Source of the DNA: an uncultured Eggerthellaceae bacterium
GTDB lineage: Bacteria; Actinomycetota; Coriobacteriia; Coriobacteriales; Eggerthellaceae
Length of the DNA stretch: 64,000 nt
Direction: 5' to 3'
Assembly (NCBI GenBank): GCA_934670115.1
Contig: CAKUOV010000005.1
Coordinates: 172-64,171, forward strand
In this document: positions 35,153 through 45,535 of the stretch, one piece after another
Layout: every line of letters begins with the position of its first letter
Position numbering within the stretch: position 1 is the first letter of the stretch
Notes under the pieces: model-generated
The model's database searches: none
The model's input: the letters and a program-made list of their open reading frames with translations, nothing else
What the model was told of the DNA's origin: nothing
Made by a program: the position numbers and the translations under genes

Positions 35153-38100
35153 ATGGACTGGACAGTTTTGGGCATTGAGCCAACTGCCGACAAGAAAGCG
35201 ATAACGAAAGCGTATCGCACGCAGTTGATGCACACGAATCCCGAAGATAAACCCGAAGAGTTCAAGGTGCTGCGCGAAGCATACGAGCAGGCGCTTTCGT
35301 GGGCGTCGCGTCAAGAGGAGGCGGCGAAAGAGTCAAAAGCCGCTCAAGCTGCCGCATCGGGAGACCCCGAAGCACTTGCCGCAGAAGCGGCAAAAACGCC
35401 CGAGGAACAGTGGTTATCCCAGCTCACAGAGCTGTATGCGGATTTCCAGAAGCGCATTGACCCCGCTTTGTGGCGCAATTTGCTCACGCAGGATGTTGCG
35501 GTTGCGCTGGATAGCCGCCCCGAAATAGAAATGATGTTGCTGCTGTTCCTTCTGCATAACGGGAACCTTCCCCAAGAGGTGTGGCAGGTTCTGGAAGACA
35601 CGTTCAAGTGGTCGCAGCGGCGCGAAGAGCTGTGCGAAACGTATCCGCGTCCGTTTGTGGATCATCTTCTGATTGATGGCGCGAAGTTTCCGCCGGCGCT
35701 TCCGTTCCAGTTGTTCTCCCCCGGTGAAAACGCCGAAGAATGCGATGCCTACCTGGACCTTTACTTGCAAGCGGGGCATTGCGAGTGGAAGGATGCTGCG
35801 CAGTTCCTGGATAACATGGAGGCGCTTTCCGAAACGCATCCGTACGGACGAGCGCTGCGCTATCACTACTTGGCAACTCAGGGCGACGGCATGGGCGTTG
35901 TCAAGCTTCTGGAGCTAACGAAGGAGTTCCCGGAAGACGAGCACCTTAAAGAGGAGCTTGCGGAAACATATGCCGATGGCGAATCATGGGAGCAATGCGA
36001 GGCAATTGTGCGCGGGTTGCTTGAAAATAACCGCGGGGATCGTCGTTTGACCTGGCTTTTAGCGCAATCGTTGGCGGGTCAGCAGCGCTTTGCCGAAGGT
36101 GTGGAGCTTTTGGGCGATTTGATGCATGCCGCGGGCGGCGACCAAAAGGAGCTCATGGAGCTGAGCGATGTTCGCCAACAGTGGAACGAATCGCTTATCG
36201 AACAGTATGAACAACGCCTTGAGCAGGGGGATTGTTCCGATAAGCTGCTTTTCGAGCTGGCGTGGTGCTACTTGCAAAACGAGCGCGACGAAGAATCGGT
36301 AGAGCTCATCGATCGCATTGACCCGGAAAATATTGAGCCGTATGAATACTATAACTTGTCGTCGCAGGCGTTTTTGGCAACGGAGCGCTACGAGCGCGCG
36401 TTTGAGGACTCAAAGGCCCTGGTAGAGGTGGTGCGCGCCCTGCAACCCGATGGCACCGTGCGCACGGAAAAACGTCGTGCGCGCTTGGCGGAGATGATTG
36501 CCCGTTGCGGTGATGCCCTTTACGCGCAGAAACACCCCGAGCTGGCGCTTCCCTATTATCAGGAAGCGGCGGAAGTGGACCCCGATAACCCCGAGCGCCT
36601 TACGCATTATTCGCGCGTTATGGCGTCGCTGAACCGCTGGCCCGAGGCGGCGCAAGCGGCGGAGCGCCTGATAGACGTGATGCCAGGGGCTTACCACGCC
36701 CATTATTTGCTGGCCCAGTATTGCTTTGAGATGCATAACGATCGCGATGCGTTCTATCAGGTGAATTATGCGCTTGAGCTGGAAAAAGGCGACTTGGGCG
36801 TGTATGTTTTGCGTCTGCGTATTCTGCTTCGCAATGGTGCGCTGCAACAAGCCGCCGACGATTTGCGATTTTTGGAAGACAGCCAGTGCAGCGATTATCT
36901 GCCCGTTTTGTGGTGCAAAGCGCTTTACGCCGAAGCCACCGACAAGGCGGTTATTGGGCCGGAAGGATCGTTGCCGGACGAAGGCAAGCTCTACGATGGC
37001 ACGCCGTTTGTCCTTGAGCACGGACGCGATGCCGCACTTGCAATTTATCGCGAAATTTACGAGCGTTTAAAGCAAGGCGAAGAGATGGATTGGCCTGGTC
37101 AGGCGTGTTTTCGCTTGGCTATTCTCTCGCAGGATGAAAAGGATGCGTCGCCCGAATGGCAGCTTGAAGTGCTGGACAAGGGCTTGGAGCTTGATCCGAA
37201 CGATGCGGATTGCCTTTCGTTTCGGGCGTGGCTTTTGCGCCGCTTGGACCGCACGGACGATGCCATTGAGGCGTATCTTCGTTTGGCGCAGCTCCCCCAT
37301 GATGACGTTGAGTCTGAGCGTGCATTGGCGCAGCTGTATGGGAAGAACCCCGAGGTCAATGCGCAAAAAGCGCTCGATTATTATCAGCAGCTGCTTGAGC
37401 AGGAGCCTAAAGACCCCGTAACGCTGTATTATGCGGGCTTGTACGCGTATTTTGTGCGCGACTTTCCTCTGGCGGAAAGCTATTTTTTGCGCGAGCGCGC
37501 GGTTGAGCCGGAAAGCCCCGATAGCTATCGGATGCTCTCGTTCGTGTATGAAGCGCTGGGTTGCTATGACGATGCGCTGCGGGAGTGCGACGGCCTGCTG
37601 CTCAAGTCGAAGGCGGCAGGGAAGCTGGCGGTGAGCCATTATCTGCGCAAGGCGCTGGTGCTGCGTCGGGCGGGGCGGGCGCGTGCGGCGGTGGAAACGC
37701 TGTTCCATGCGTCGTTTTCGTTTGCGTACGATTCCGTGTATGCGGATGTTGCCGACGTGCTTCTGCAGTTCGGCCTGTTCGATCAGCTGTGCGCCCATCT
37801 TGACTCGTGGGGCGACGTGAACGAAAAGCACGATGTTTCGCCGCAAAATTTAGGTGGCTTGGCATACTATCGCGCTCTTCAGGAGCTTTTAAGTGCGGGA
37901 AGCTTGCGGCGTGCGAAACATTTTGCGCGCACGGGAAGTCCGCATATGAGCGATGACCAGCGTTTTCAGATGCAACGGATTTTGGCAGCGTATACCAAGG
38001 ATTTCCGCGCGTATGAAACGCTTTTGCTGAGCCGCATTAAGGAAAAAAAGGAACGGGAGACAACTGTCTTTCAGGAGCTGTCGGACCTGGCGTTGCTAAA

Positions 38101-38470
38101 GTGGTATCGGGGCAATGCACAAGCTGCGGTACAATATGCACAAGAGGCCGTGGCAGAGATTGATGCTCTGCTGCTTCCCTATAGCACGCATCGGCGTCAT
38201 TTCCTGTTGTGGCAAGCGATAATGTTTGCTTTGCTGGGGCAGATCGATCAGATGCGCGGTGCACTGTTGCAAGCCGATGATCTGCCGTTATGCGAACGTT
38301 GCGGCAATGGAGCGTGCTGTGACAGCGTGCTGTTCAAGGCGTTGATTGGCTTGATTCAGGGTGATGTGGTCACGTGCTGCGAGCTGGTTAAGCTTGGCCG
38401 AAAGAAGTGGCCGGGCTCTTTGGGCTTTACGTGCCTTGAGCAGGAGCTTAAGCGACAAGGGGAGCTGTAG
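35153..38470 (+). CDS. Large J-like-domain / TPR-repeat protein (HPD replaced by NPE)
   Basis: The N-terminal DWTVLGIEPTADKKAITKAYRTQLMHTNPEDKPEEFKVLREAYEQAL aligns to J-domain helices I-III, with NPE (35237-35245) at the HPD position. It is followed by ~1000 aa of TPR-like repeats and a Cys-rich C-terminus (CERCGNGACC...TCCE). Confidence 0.7.
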   Translation: MDWTVLGIEPTADKKAITKAYRTQLMHTNPEDKPEEFKVLREAYEQALSWASRQEEAAKESKAAQAAASGDPEALAAEAAKTPEEQWLSQLTELYADFQKRIDPALWRNLLTQDVAVALDSRPEIEMMLLLFLLHNGNLPQEVWQVLEDTFKWSQRREELCETYPRPFVDHLLIDGAKFPPALPFQLFSPGENAEECDAYLDLYLQAGHCEWKDAAQFLDNMEALSETHPYGRALRYHYLATQGDGMGVVKLLELTKEFPEDEHLKEELAETYADGESWEQCEAIVRGLLENNRGDRRLTWLLAQSLAGQQRFAEGVELLGDLMHAAGGDQKELMELSDVRQQWNESLIEQYEQRLEQGDCSDKLLFELAWCYLQNERDEESVELIDRIDPENIEPYEYYNLSSQAFLATERYERAFEDSKALVEVVRALQPDGTVRTEKRRARLAEMIARCGDALYAQKHPELALPYYQEAAEVDPDNPERLTHYSRVMASLNRWPEAAQAAERLIDVMPGAYHAHYLLAQYCFEMHNDRDAFYQVNYALELEKGDLGVYVLRLRILLRNGALQQAADDLRFLEDSQCSDYLPVLWCKALYAEATDKAVIGPEGSLPDEGKLYDGTPFVLEHGRDAALAIYREIYERLKQGEEMDWPGQACFRLAILSQDEKDASPEWQLEVLDKGLELDPNDADCLSFRAWLLRRLDRTDDAIEAYLRLAQLPHDDVESERALAQLYGKNPEVNAQKALDYYQQLLEQEPKDPVTLYYAGLYAYFVRDFPLAESYFLRERAVEPESPDSYRMLSFVYEALGCYDDALRECDGLLLKSKAAGKLAVSHYLRKALVLRRAGRARAAVETLFHASFSFAYDSVYADVADVLLQFGLFDQLCAHLDSWGDVNEKHDVSPQNLGGLAYYRALQELLSAGSLRRAKHFARTGSPHMSDDQRFQMQRILAAYTKDFRAYETLLLSRIKEKKERETTVFQELSDLALLKWYRGNAQAAVQYAQEAVAEIDALLLPYSTHRRHFLLWQAIMFALLGQIDQMRGALLQADDLPLCERCGNGACCDSVLFKALIGLIQGDVVTCCELVKLGRKKWPGSLGFTCLEQELKRQGEL

Positions 38471-38639
38471 CCCTGATGCGGCCGCATGAGCGGTTGCGGG
38501 TGCGGTGCCGCTGGCGGTGTGCGGATCCGGGTGTGTGGCGTGCGGCGGTGCGTGCGGCGTGCGGGCGATGCGCGCAGGGCTGCTTGCCAGAGCGTAGCCG
38601 CGGCAGAGAGTGAAAGAGGATTTTCGGTAGGTTCTTCTT

Positions 38640-40391
38640 ATGTTGGTTGGCATTGATCTTGGAACAACAAATAGCCTGGTCGCGTGTTTCCGCAATGGGT
38701 GTGCTCAGGTAATTCCCAACAGATTGGGCAAGCTGCTCACGCCTTCGGTGGTGGCTATCGATGAAAATGGCATGATTCTGGTGGGCGAAACGGCGCGCGC
38801 TTTCGGCATGCTGCACCCCTTGAGCGTGGCAAGCGTTTTCAAGCGCAGCATGGGCACCGATCGCACGTTCGAGCTTGATGGTATGGAATTTCGCGCCGAA
38901 GAGCTATCCCGTTTTGTGTTGCGCTCCCTGAAAGAAGACGCCGAAGTGTATCTGGGCTGTGAAGTGGACGAGGCCATTATCAGCGTGCCCGCCTACTTTA
39001 ACGACTTGCAACGTAAAGCTACGAAACGTGCCGGTGAGCTGGCCGGACTCAAGGTGAGCCGCATTATCAACGAACCCACGGCGGCGGCAATCGCGCATGG
39101 CGTGGGCGGTGCGGCGGCGCGTCCGACCGAAGAAACGGTGGCCGCGGGTATGGGAACCATTGCAGTTCAGGCCGCGCAAGGCGAACCGGTGGATGAGCGC
39201 TGCCTGGTGTTTGACCTGGGCGGCGGCACCTTCGATGTTTCGGTTTTGGAGTTTTTCGCGTGCATCATGGAAGTCCATGCCATTGCGGGCGACAATTTCA
39301 TTGGCGGCGAAGACTTCACCGAACTTCTGGAAACTATGTTCCTGGCGCGCATTGGCATGGCGCGGCAAGTGCTTGATAATCGCGCGCAGGCGGAGCTTAC
39401 CAAAGCTGCCGAAGAGGCGAAGTGCCGCTTCTCTGAATCCGAAACCGTTACGATGAGCTGGACTTTTGCGGAAAAGCATTACTCGGAAGACTTCACGCTT
39501 GAAGAATATGAGCAAGCATGCCAGCCGTTGCTTGAGCGTTTGCGTCGCCCTATTGAGCGCAGCTTGCGTGATGCCGATGTTCATTTGGAAGATATCGACC
39601 GCATTGTTTTAGTGGGCGGCGCTACGCGTCTTCCCGTGGTGCGTCATTTCGTGGAAAAGGTGTTTCGTCGCAAGCCCGAAACGCTTGTTGACCCTGATAC
39701 CGCCGTTGCGCTGGGCGCTGCGTTGCAGTGCGGCATGAAAATGCGCGATGCGGAAATCAGCGAAGTCGTTTTGACCGACGTGTGCCCGTTTACGCTGGGC
39801 ACCGAGGTTGTTGCCGGTAACGGCACGTTCGAGGAAGCGGGTCACTTCCTTCCCATTATCGAGCGCAATACCGTGATTCCCGTGAGTCGACGTCAGCGCG
39901 TGAGCACCGTGTACGACAATCAGTCGCAGGTGGTCGTGAAAATCTTGCAAGGCGAAAGCCGCATGGCGTCCAACAACTTGCTGCTCGGCGAGATTTCCGC
40001 TTCGGTTCCGGCGGGTCCGCGCGGGCAAGAAGTCATTGATGTGATTTTCACTTACGATGTGAATTCCCTGCTTGAAGTGGAGGTTTGCGTTCTTTCTACG
40101 GGCGAAGTGCACAAGATGGTCGTCCAAAACGAAGAGCATAAGATTTCCGATGAAGAAGCCGCCGCGCGTTTCGAACGCTTGTCGTATTTGAAGCAGAACC
40201 CGCGCGAAGACGAAGCGAACCGCTTGCAGCTTTTGCGGGGCGAGCGCATGTACGAAGAAGCAACGGGCCAGCGACGTGAGATGATCGACGCCGCAATGAT
40301 GGAGTTCGATCGCGTGCTGAACAGGCAAGACTTCTACGAAATTGAAGTTGCGCGCGAGCGTCTTCGCAAGTTTTTGGACACGTTGGAGTAG
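38640..40391 (+). CDS. Hsp70-family chaperone, HscC-like (non-DnaK)
   Basis: [12 protein letters not shown] (phosphate 1), [46 protein letters not shown], and [10 protein letters not shown]. At 583 aa it has no C-terminal EEVD-type tail, and there is an insertion ([33 protein letters not shown]) before the DLGGGT motif. Confidence 0.85.
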   Translation: MLVGIDLGTTNSLVACFRNGCAQVIPNRLGKLLTPSVVAIDENGMILVGETARAFGMLHPLSVASVFKRSMGTDRTFELDGMEFRAEELSRFVLRSLKEDAEVYLGCEVDEAIISVPAYFNDLQRKATKRAGELAGLKVSRIINEPTAAAIAHGVGGAAARPTEETVAAGMGTIAVQAAQGEPVDERCLVFDLGGGTFDVSVLEFFACIMEVHAIAGDNFIGGEDFTELLETMFLARIGMARQVLDNRAQAELTKAAEEAKCRFSESETVTMSWTFAEKHYSEDFTLEEYEQACQPLLERLRRPIERSLRDADVHLEDIDRIVLVGGATRLPVVRHFVEKVFRRKPETLVDPDTAVALGAALQCGMKMRDAEISEVVLTDVCPFTLGTEVVAGNGTFEEAGHFLPIIERNTVIPVSRRQRVSTVYDNQSQVVVKILQGESRMASNNLLLGEISASVPAGPRGQEVIDVIFTYDVNSLLEVEVCVLSTGEVHKMVVQNEEHKISDEEAAARFERLSYLKQNPREDEANRLQLLRGERMYEEATGQRREMIDAAMMEFDRVLNRQDFYEIEVARERLRKFLDTLE

Positions 40392-40710
40392 CCAAGGTTC
40401 GCAGCTTGGCGTTTCGCTGGGTGTTTCGCTTGGCGTTTTGTGGTCGGGCGTTTCGCTTGGCGCCTCAGAGTTGGGCGCTTGGGTTGGGGTGCCCGGGTTT
40501 CCGGAAATGCTTGGAACGCCCGGAATGCTCTTGCCGCGTTTTACCGCGCTTTGCCGAATGACGCTCTGCGGCGGAAAAACATTTCCGCTCCTAATGTTGC
40601 TTTTGGTCTTTGCTAGGCGTTCGTTTATTTTCGCGTTAAACTGGTACAGATGCGCTAACGCATCGGTATAACGAATATCGCCATCTGAGTTTCTTGGGAA
40701 AGGTGCGCAC

Positions 40711-41295
40711 ATGAAAGTCATTACCATCAGCCGTGAATACGGAGCAGGCGGGCACACCATTGGACGCCAAGTTGCCGAGCGCCTGGGCATCAATTTTTAC
40801 GACCGCGACATTATTTTGAGCACCGCGCGCGAAAGCGGTCTTGATGTTGACCGAATCATCGAGGAAGAAGAAGTCATGCGCAAGCGCGATTCGTTCCTGC
40901 GCGCGATCCTTCCTGCGTCTTACGATATTAAAGACACCGTGTTCGAGTACGAGCGTCGCGCCATTATCAAGCTGGCAAACGAGGGTCCTTGCGTGCTTTT
41001 GGGCCGCTGTGCTGGTGTTACGCTGGAAGAGGAAAACATCGACCACATGAGCGTGTTCCTGTTTGCTGACGAAGCGCATCGTTTGCCACGCGCTATGGAG
41101 CTCAACGATTGCACCGATCCTGACCAGGCGCGACGCATTATGCGCAAGATCGATACCGGTCGCCATGCTTATTACGAGTGCTACACCGGCCGTCATTGGG
41201 GCAGCGTCCACGAGTACACCATGGCGCTTGATACGGGCACCTTGGGCATGGATACCTGCGTTGACCTGGTTGCGCGCGCTGCGCAATCGATGTAG
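40711..41295 (+). CDS. Cytidylate kinase-like family protein
   Basis: MKVITISREYGAGGHTIGRQVAERLGINFYDRDII is the typical N-terminus of the cytidylate-kinase-like (P-loop-like GAGG) family. 194 aa. Confidence 0.65.
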   Translation: MKVITISREYGAGGHTIGRQVAERLGINFYDRDIILSTARESGLDVDRIIEEEEVMRKRDSFLRAILPASYDIKDTVFEYERRAIIKLANEGPCVLLGRCAGVTLEEENIDHMSVFLFADEAHRLPRAMELNDCTDPDQARRIMRKIDTGRHAYYECYTGRHWGSVHEYTMALDTGTLGMDTCVDLVARAAQSM

Positions 41296-41691
41296 GCCAT
41301 TTGGTTTTCCGCAGCTGTTTTCCGCGTTCCCGCTGTTCTCGGTGCGTTTTTGATTTTTGGAACCATTATAAGCGCTCGGGTCCGCTGCTTTTCAGGCGGT
41401 GGTTCGGGCGCTTTTGCTCACTTTGAGCCATAAGGTTACCTTATTCGCCTAAAAATGAGCCATATAGTCTTGCGAAATTTCCTGCACCCCCTGTATCATG
41501 GAACATGATTGCAAAGTCTTTGAGACACCGGAGCTGCCTATAGCGCAAGCGCCACCAGGCATAATGGGCTTGGTCGCGTTTGGAAGCAACTGACGATGTG
41601 TTGATCCTGAACAATCGCCGCTTCTTCCGAACGCGCCTTCGCTTGTCCGGTTTCGTTTCTTTGCGAGTACGCCGAACAGGAAGGGAGTGCC

Positions 41692-43479
41692 ATGAAGAGA
41701 ATACGGAAATTACTGGGGATGGCTGTGGCGTTTGCGTTCGCCCTGGCTATTCTGCCCGCGACAGCGCTCGCGGTAGACGAATACGATTTGCATGTTAACG
41801 GCGAGCAGTTCACCAGCGAAAAGCTTGTCATCGACTGTGGCGAGGGAACCGCGACATACGACCCTGCCACGCAAAATCTTACTTTGAACAACGCCACCAT
41901 CACGAAAGCAACAATGAGTGGCGGCATTTATTCAATGCTCTCGAATGATTTGACTATCACGCTCCAGGGCAACAACCAGATCACCTTGGAAAATAATCTG
42001 GGCGCTATTATCAAGAGCAACCTTAAGATTGAGGGTCCGGGTACGCTTACGATTAACGTTACTGGGGATACGCAGGATGGCATTACCTGCCAATGGGGAA
42101 GCGTCGACATCATGAACGCCACGCTTGTTATTAACGCTTCCGGTGGTATTGGCATTTCCGCCTACGGAACAGTGCGTTTGGATAACGTGAACCTTACGGC
42201 CAACGGTTTGTACGCGGGTATCGATGCGCTCAATTTGATTATCGCAAACGGTTCCGATGTTAAGCTTTCCGCCAAGCAAGATTACTGTAATGCAGCGTAC
42301 ATCGCTCCTGGTGATGATCAGACTGGCGGTGGAAGCATCTACGTCAACAACTCGAATGTAGTGGCAGAAAGCCCCTATCCGGGTTTGTTCGCTCATGCCG
42401 ACTTGGCGATTGACGGCGGCAGCGTTAAGGCCACGTCCGCCACGGATTCTGCCATTTGGGCAAGGGGCGACCTTACTATTCATGGCGGTGCAAAAGTCGA
42501 GCTTTCCGGCATGTATCCTTCTGGCTGCAACGGAACATTCAGGGTTGGTTTGGTTGACATTGATGCGAAGAATACGAATCAGGAAAACATTCCGGCAATC
42601 GCTGATAACCCCGTTATCCTGGATGACTTCACGCTGAAGACTGCCGATGCCGTTGATAGCGAAGGCACAGCGATTGACCTCATCGAACACGATGGCGTTG
42701 AAGCGGCTAAGGGCTACCTTAACCTGTACAAGAACATCCACTTCACCACGGGTGACGCAATTGTTTCGTATGGCTTCCCCTTCGAGAAGAGAGTTGTGAA
42801 GGGCGGTGACATTGCCCCTGGTCAGCAGGAATTTGAGTTGGAGATCTTCTACGTTGGCGCGGGTACAATTGAGAATTATGCCGATGTGACCATAACGGGT
42901 AAGGTCATGACGAACGGCGCAGAAACTTACGAGGGACGACTGACCATTGAAGGTCCGAAGGACAAGGTAAGGAATCTTACGAGCGAAGGCTTCTTGGTGC
43001 GCGAGAAGAACACTGCCGTTCCGGATTGGACCTATTCGGACGCTGTGTACATGATTACTTGCTACGAAATCGAAATCACCGACTACAACGTTCAGAGCGG
43101 TAACATTGTTTCGGACTACACCATTATGCCTGCGCACCTGGTGGTAACCGACAACGGTGAATTCTACGAGCCAGTGCCGAATGCGGATCCCGTACGGGTT
43201 ATGGAGTTCGAGAACGTCTACACCAAGAACAACACTCCTGGTGGCGACCCGGGCGATGGCGATGATCCGAACAAGCCCAAGCCGGGTGACGGCGACAAGC
43301 CGGGTGACGGCGACAAGCCCAAACCTGGTGCCGATGACAAGACGAAGCCTGCTGCGGATGGCAAGACCATCCCCCAGACGGGCGATAACGCCGCGACCCT
43401 GATGGGCGTTGCGGTTCTGCTGATGGCCGCATGTGTTTCCGGCGCGGTGGTTCTGGCGAAAAGGACGCGTAAGGAGTAG
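41692..43479 (+). CDS. Sortase-anchored surface protein (beta-helix-like repeats, pilin-isopeptide-linker-like domain, Pro/Gly/Asp/Lys repeats)
   Basis: It has a signal peptide (MKRIRKLLGMAVAFAFALAILPATALA) and repetitive Gly/Asn/Thr-rich segments. (KPGDGD)n-type repeats (PGDGDDPNKPKPGDGDKPGDGDKPKPGADDK) are followed by IPQTG, a hydrophobic segment and a KRTRKE sorting signal. Confidence 0.7.
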   Translation: MKRIRKLLGMAVAFAFALAILPATALAVDEYDLHVNGEQFTSEKLVIDCGEGTATYDPATQNLTLNNATITKATMSGGIYSMLSNDLTITLQGNNQITLENNLGAIIKSNLKIEGPGTLTINVTGDTQDGITCQWGSVDIMNATLVINASGGIGISAYGTVRLDNVNLTANGLYAGIDALNLIIANGSDVKLSAKQDYCNAAYIAPGDDQTGGGSIYVNNSNVVAESPYPGLFAHADLAIDGGSVKATSATDSAIWARGDLTIHGGAKVELSGMYPSGCNGTFRVGLVDIDAKNTNQENIPAIADNPVILDDFTLKTADAVDSEGTAIDLIEHDGVEAAKGYLNLYKNIHFTTGDAIVSYGFPFEKRVVKGGDIAPGQQEFELEIFYVGAGTIENYADVTITGKVMTNGAETYEGRLTIEGPKDKVRNLTSEGFLVREKNTAVPDWTYSDAVYMITCYEIEITDYNVQSGNIVSDYTIMPAHLVVTDNGEFYEPVPNADPVRVMEFENVYTKNNTPGGDPGDGDDPNKPKPGDGDKPGDGDKPKPGADDKTKPAADGKTIPQTGDNAATLMGVAVLLMAACVSGAVVLAKRTRKE

Positions 43480-43554
43480 CGCGGGAACAAGCACAAGGTT
43501 GAGCGCGAGAATCAAAAGGACGCTTGTAGCGTAAACGTGAAAGCGCGCCAGCTG

Positions 43555-44166
43555 TTATGCAAGGGCAACTTGCGGGCAGTTGGCGCGTACGTTTTCTCGT
43601 CCCCGGAAAAGAAGTCCCTGTTCAGTCATTTCTTCGCCGATTTCTTGGTACTCGGCCCCGCCTTTTGACACGCGTTCTATTTCCTGTGGCGTAAGCGGAC
43701 GCACTGGGCGCGCGGGCGCACCAATTGCGAGCATGCCATCGGGGATGTTTGCCGTGCCAGTCACCAGCGCGCCAGCGCCAATCAGACAATGGCTGCCAAT
43801 AACAGCGCCGTCAAGCACCGTGGCGCCCATTCCAATCAGACTTTCGTCTCCCACCGTGCATCCGTGTAAAATGGCGCCGTGCCCAATGGTCACGCCTTTC
43901 CCAATTTGACACAATCCGTGCAGGTCAACATGGATGCAGACGTGTTCTTGCATGTTTGTGCCGTCGCCCACCACAATGCGACCTTCGTAATCGCCGCGTG
44001 CGCTGGCGGAGTGCATGACGGTAACGTTTTCGCCAATTTCAACAGAGCCTACAAGGCACGCACTTGGCGCAACCATGGCGCTTTCAGCAAGATGTACGTT
44101 GTGGTAGTTCACGGTGGCCTCCTGGCTGTTTTTCGGGCGTTGATGCCCTCTTTTCTTTTCCTGCAT
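43555..44166 (-). CDS. Gamma-carbonic-anhydrase-like / hexapeptide-repeat (LbH) protein
   Basis: Left-handed beta-helix hexapeptide periodicity runs throughout (VGSVEIGENVTV..., IGKGVTIGHGAILHGCTVGDESLIGMGATVLDGAVIGSHCLIGAGALV). The exact start is uncertain. Confidence 0.75.
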   Translation of the reverse strand: MQEKKRGHQRPKNSQEATVNYHNVHLAESAMVAPSACLVGSVEIGENVTVMHSASARGDYEGRIVVGDGTNMQEHVCIHVDLHGLCQIGKGVTIGHGAILHGCTVGDESLIGMGATVLDGAVIGSHCLIGAGALVTGTANIPDGMLAIGAPARPVRPLTPQEIERVSKGGAEYQEIGEEMTEQGLLFRGRENVRANCPQVALA

Positions 44167-44431
44167 TTTCGCGCGTGACCTGCCTGGGGCGCGCTATATG
44201 TTCGATAATTTGCGAAAAGAACACGTGAATGGCATCGATGGTGCAGGTTGCGGGCGGCCGTGGTTGGCGCGCTTGCGGTGAGCGGCCGCGGGCGTGCGTG
44301 TGCGCGCAGTGCTGATGCGGGTGTGCGCTGATGCGCGCTGGTGCGGACGTGCGGCGCGGATGCAGTGGGCGTGCGTGAGTGGTCCGCGCGGATGTGCGCA
44401 GATGCGAAAACGGAAGGGAAGGGAAGCGGGC

Positions 44432-45535
44432 ATGACGAAGGAAACAGCCCGGCGTTTTGCCATAACGACAGTGTTGCTGCTGGTCATGGTGGGGTCGGTA
44501 GCTCTTTTCAGCGTTTACGGCGAAGCGTTCTTCCCAGCGTATCGCGTGGCCTCGCGAACGTTAATGGCTGCGCTTGCATCGCTAACCAGCGCGCTTTCGC
44601 CTTCTGTTTCCGTGTGCGATTTCTTGTTGGTGGCGCTGGTTGCGCTGGCGGTTGTCTCGCTGGGGTATTGTGTTGCGCGTCGCAGGTCGCTTTTGGCGTG
44701 GTTTTCGCGGGTGCTTTTAGTTGTTTCCGCGCTGGCCACGGTGGTGGTGTGCGGCTGGGCGTTGAACCATTATGCGCCGCTGTTGTCCCAAGAAATTGGC
44801 CTTGACGTGCGGGAATATACGGCTGAAGAGTTGTACGATGCTACAGATTATTATTGGCAGCAGGCGGCATCGTACGCCACGCAGGTGCAGCGCGACTCCG
44901 AAACGGCCCAGGTGATTCCCGCATCGTTTGATGATTTAGCAGCAGAAGGCGGTGTTGCGTTTGCGCCGCTTGCTTCCCAATATGATGTGTTCAATGGATC
45001 CACTGCGCCTGTTAAGCGGCTTTCGCTTTTGGGAGATGCGTTGTTGTACACGGGCTCGGACGGCATCTTTATTCCCCTAACGGGCGAGGCAAACGTTCCC
45101 GAGAACTGCGCTCCTGCCACGCTTGCATTCAACATGTGTCACGAAGCGGCTCATCGCTTGGGCATTGCCGCCGAAGAGGAAGCGAATTTTGCGGCGTTCA
45201 TGGCGTGCTCGGCAAGCGATGACCCCAATTTCGCCTACTCCGGTTATTATCGCGCGTTCGTGGCGTGCTTCAACGCGTTAGCGGAAAACTACCCGTCGTT
45301 AGCGGAGCAGCTTTTGAGCGTCGATAACGTTACTGACGAAAAAGTGCTGGTCATTCGCGATATGTTGCAAACGAGCGACCATTACACTGCGTATAGTGGC
45401 ACGGTTTCCGAGGCGGGCCAAGCGGTAAACGATGCGTATTTGAAGACGTTTGGTCAGCAGGAAGGCACCCAATCGTACGGCGAATGGGTTGATTACCTGA
45501 TTGCGTGGCGCGCTGCTCTTTCTGACGCGAGCTAA
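44432..45535 (+). CDS. DUF3810-like membrane metallopeptidase-fold protein
   Basis: The ATG at 44432 follows GGAAGGGAAGGGAAG; the upstream part of the track ORF is translation of a GC-rich spacer. It has N-terminal TM segments, and HEAAHRLGIAAEEEANF resembles the DUF3810 HExxH...E.EAN region. Confidence 0.6.
   Translation: MTKETARRFAITTVLLLVMVGSVALFSVYGEAFFPAYRVASRTLMAALASLTSALSPSVSVCDFLLVALVALAVVSLGYCVARRRSLLAWFSRVLLVVSALATVVVCGWALNHYAPLLSQEIGLDVREYTAEELYDATDYYWQQAASYATQVQRDSETAQVIPASFDDLAAEGGVAFAPLASQYDVFNGSTAPVKRLSLLGDALLYTGSDGIFIPLTGEANVPENCAPATLAFNMCHEAAHRLGIAAEEEANFAAFMACSASDDPNFAYSGYYRAFVACFNALAENYPSLAEQLLSVDNVTDEKVLVIRDMLQTSDHYTAYSGTVSEAGQAVNDAYLKTFGQQEGTQSYGEWVDYLIAWRAALSDAS

Noticed and set aside
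40405-40475. A degenerate 12-nt tandem repeat (GGCGTTTCGCTG / GGTGTTTCGCTT / ... GGCGTTTCGCTT) lies after the Hsp70 gene. It gives ORFs with GVSLGVSLGV or ETPSETPSETPS repeats.
   Set aside because: There are only about 4 imperfect units in an intergenic GC-rich spacer. The repeat-containing ORFs (40342-40671 + and 39609-40793 -) have no start context or other coding signal.
44294-44431. An N-terminal extension of the DUF3810-like ORF crosses the GC-rich spacer.
   Set aside because: The extension translates the (G/T)GCG-repeat spacer into Arg/Cys/Ala-rich nonsense. The ATG at 44432 has an RBS and is followed directly by a TM segment.
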